Shown here: piece by piece, positions 8,928-11,076 of the stretch | Layout: each line of letters begins with the position of its first letter | Numbering within the stretch: the first letter of the stretch is position 1 | Source: an uncultured archaeon | GTDB lineage: Archaea; Asgardarchaeota; Heimdallarchaeia; Heimdallarchaeales; Heimdallarchaeaceae | DNA: 11,076 nucleotides | Assembly: GCA_964534625.1 (NCBI GenBank) | Contig: CAZHRF010000004.1 | Location: 116,941-128,016, forward strand | Direction: 5' to 3' | The notes under the pieces: model-generated | The model's database searches: none | What the model was told of the DNA's origin: nothing | The model's input: only the letters and a program-made list of their open reading frames with translations | Translations under genes and position numbers: made by a program

Positions 8928-9434
8928 TTACTGATTAAAATGAGTTTCAAAGGTTTTTTTGAGTTCATCAATTGAGCTAGGGGTTGGGTATATTTGCACT
9001 CCTTGATCTTTCATTATACTTGTGCTTAGTCTTTTAAAATGATAATCATCTACTAAAATTACTTTGCAATCTTTTTGAGTTGCTGTTGCAAGATGTAAAG
9101 CATCTGAACCATAGAGATTATATTTCCAAATGAACTTTTTAGATAGTGATATGTTATCATCAGTAACTTTTACTAATTCAATCATATTGGTATTAATCAA
9201 TTTCATTAAATCTTTCTCTATGAAAAATTGCAATTGCTTTGCTTCTTCTTTTGTAATTTCATTTTGATTCTCCCGTTTCTTTATCCCTCTTGTAATCTCA
9301 ATATTGCTCCACACAGAACTAATACACAAGATATTTTCATCTCTTATACAATATTCAACTGTTTCACTTCCTTTTTCTTCATAGAATAAGTTCCAAAGAG
9401 CAGAGCTTTCAAGATAACATTTAACTTTCTTCAT
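8928..9434 (-). CDS. vapC: PIN-domain ribonuclease toxin (VapC-like)
   Basis: YLESSAL...EE.GS, S.....EI, L.GSDALHLATA, ILVDD. Overlaps the upstream antitoxin by 14 bp. Confidence 0.88.
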   Translation of the reverse strand: MKKVKCYLESSALWNLFYEEKGSETVEYCIRDENILCISSVWSNIEITRGIKKRENQNEITKEEAKQLQFFIEKDLMKLINTNMIELVKVTDDNISLSKKFIWKYNLYGSDALHLATATQKDCKVILVDDYHFKRLSTSIMKDQGVQIYPTPSSIDELKKTFETHFNQ

Positions 9435-9654
9435 GATGCAAATCCTCTAGTCCTTTTAGTTTTTTGTCTTTTTTAGTGAAATAATTTCTTACCTCACTTC
9501 TTGTTTTCCAAGATACATCCTTCTGTTCTTCTTGCATTAATTCATAAATACCTGCTTTCAATGCTTCACTTATTGAAGAATACTTCCCCTTCGCAACAAG
9601 TCCTTCCAAAAATTTTTGCTCTTCTTCTGTTAGTTTAACTGAAGTAATTGCCAT
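9421..9654 (-). CDS. Ribbon-helix-helix antitoxin (CopG/ParD-like, VapB role)
   Basis: TSVKLTEE...LE.LV..GKYSS.SEALKAGI.EL; lies directly upstream of the PIN gene. Confidence 0.85.
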   Translation of the reverse strand: MAITSVKLTEEEQKFLEGLVAKGKYSSISEALKAGIYELMQEEQKDVSWKTRSEVRNYFTKKDKKLKGLEDLHHEES

Positions 9655-9739
9655 TTTTCCACACCATGTATTTTATTTGTACCAAATATTATTCTATATG
9701 TATTAATTCTTTTTGTTTTCTTTCTTAGTACATATGTAC

Positions 9740-9916
9740 TTATGCAACCATCAAATCCCATAGATTAATATTAGCTTTCTTTGCTGCATCTTCCAACGAA
9801 TTCCCTTCTTCGTAATATTCAAGAAAACAGTTAACTTTCTTCATGATGTAACTCCTCAAGTCCTTTTAGCTTTTTTTCTTTTTTAGTGAAATATTTTCTT
9901 ATCTCGCTTCTTGTTT
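9740..9916 (-). pseudogene. Relic second copy of the antitoxin/toxin junction fused to a UPF0175-like fragment
   Basis: 9818-9916 repeats 9408-9506 (offset 410, about 10 mismatches in 99 nt). The duplicated toxin start MKKVNCFLE runs into YYEEGNSLEDAAKKANINLWDLMVA*, similar to the UPF0175 motif G..S...AA..A....W. Confidence 0.7.
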
Positions 9917-9960
9917 CAATTTTGGGGTAGTTCCTTGTTTTGCATAGTTTGTTACTGCAG

Positions 9961-10484
9961 TATACTAGCTGGAGTGCCACACCTAAAGATGGATCAGCTA
10001 GTGTTCATTGTATGACCTTCTTGAACACCTGAGTTGGTATAGTCGTTCCTATAGGGGTTAATTGTTCTCTCTTTAATATATCCTTCATTTCATCAGTCAG
10101 TGGCTGGGTGAATACATGTGTATAGACCCATTTGATTTCTTGTTTGAGTGTGTTTACTGTTCGTCTACTTAAACTAGAAAAATTTTGCCTTTCTGAGTTA
10201 TTCTCTTTCTGTCGGTGAAAAAACTTCCGTATTTCATCTGTTGTTACATCTTGTATTTGTCCCAGTCAGACGTTCCATAAAGATATTTTCTTTTGAATAG
10301 TTGATGCAGCCAGTCCATGTTTTCTGGCTGTCCACCTAATCTTATCTAATAACACTCTTTGTATCTCCTGTTCAATGCCAGAGGTGATTCGTACGTCCGT
10401 TTCATTGGTATATGTCATATATAGCCTTTTTTCTTCCTCTTTTTCATTCGCTGTATTTTTTCGATGTGTAACACGTATTCTCAT
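9961..10484 (-). pseudogene. Tyrosine recombinase N-terminal/core-binding region, truncated just before the catalytic Arg
   Basis: The 72-aa ORF continues in frame past TGA (10266-10268): GLAASTIQKKISLWNV*LGQIQDVTTDEIRKFF...SLSRRTVNTLKQEIKWVY...KKVIQ*TLADPSLGVALQLVY. This has the SAM-like pattern GL...TI / VT..EI..F / LS..T.N and is homologous to the 4468 copy that carries TGIRPHELL. Confidence 0.8.
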
Positions 10485-10637
10485 ATATCTTCTATGTCTA
10501 AGAGAAAAGGGAGAGTCTGCACGAAAAAACAGGACTGGTCATACTTTGATGAAAACTATGGGGATCTATTGGTTATAAACTTTAAATAATTTAGAAAAAA
10601 GGTAGTTGAATATTGAACTCTGTTAGCCTCTTAAGAA

Positions 10638-11076
10638 TTATTTATAGACGGAACACCCGTTCTTTTTTAACACTGCCAAGATCTTCTGTGCCTTCCTATC
10701 TAATTCATTCCCTTCAATCGATAATTTCTTTAGTTTTGGTAGCCTGGTCAAACTCTCTGGGAGAGAGCGTAACTGGTTAACTGCTAAAATCAACTCTTGA
10801 AGGTTCTTGAGCCCACTCAAACTCTCTGGGAGAGAGCGTAACTGGTTTTTGTACAGATTCAACACTTGCAAGTTCTCGAGCATGGTTATACTCTCTGGGA
10901 CAGAGGTTAACTGATTTTTTCCTAAATTCAAGTACTGGAGGTTCTCGAGCCTCGTTATACTCTCTGGGAGAGAGTTGAATTCATTTCCACCTAAATCCAG
11001 TACCTGGAGGTTTATAAGCCCAGTTATACTCTCTGGGAGAGAGCGTAACTGGTTTTCGTACAGATTCAACACTTGC
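10638..11076 (-). CDS. Leucine-rich repeat protein, C-terminal part (5' end beyond the window)
   Basis: 23-aa repeats LRSLPESI..L.NLQ.L.L..N and C-cap N.L...A..IL..LKK, as in the 4944 gene. Confidence 0.9.
   Translation of the reverse strand, partial: QVLNLYENQLRSLPESITGLINLQVLDLGGNEFNSLPESITRLENLQYLNLGKNQLTSVPESITMLENLQVLNLYKNQLRSLPESLSGLKNLQELILAVNQLRSLPESLTRLPKLKKLSIEGNELDRKAQKILAVLKKNGCSVYK

Larger units (their letters stand above)
4468..10208. repeat. ~245-bp inverted repeat pair (4468-4711 and 9961-10208)
   Basis: The reverse complement of 9961-10208 matches 4468-4711 with about 6 substitutions and 2 indels (1 nt and 3 nt) by manual alignment. Confidence 0.95.

Noticed and set aside
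10375-10578. 67-aa plus-strand ORF
   Set aside because: Antisense to the recombinase N-terminus.

Overview
AT-rich, probably archaeal accessory region. An Asgard/Loki-Heimdall-type host is suggested by the gene content but cannot be shown from this window. Intact or near-intact genes: a DUF285/BspA-like surface protein (5'-partial), a HEPN-MNT pair whose MNT appears fused to a PIN-domain tail, a beta-class carbonic anhydrase, a nucleotidyltransferase with a small partner, an RHH-PIN (VapBC-like) pair, and two LRR genes. The first LRR gene is one ~877-aa, four-module gene split by a 1-nt frameshift. The ORF track misses the main structure: two ~245-bp, ~96%-identical pieces of a tyrosine-recombinase gene in inverted orientation (4468-4711 and 9961-10208). 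They bracket a 5.25-kb segment, and each lies next to the 3' end of an LRR gene. Flipping the segment would join the recombinase N-terminus to its catalytic-Arg box. The LRR genes consist of 69-bp units with nucleotide-constant and hypervariable halves, and units are shared between the two genes. The intergenic spaces hold several relics and chimeric junctions. All alignments and translations were done by eye.
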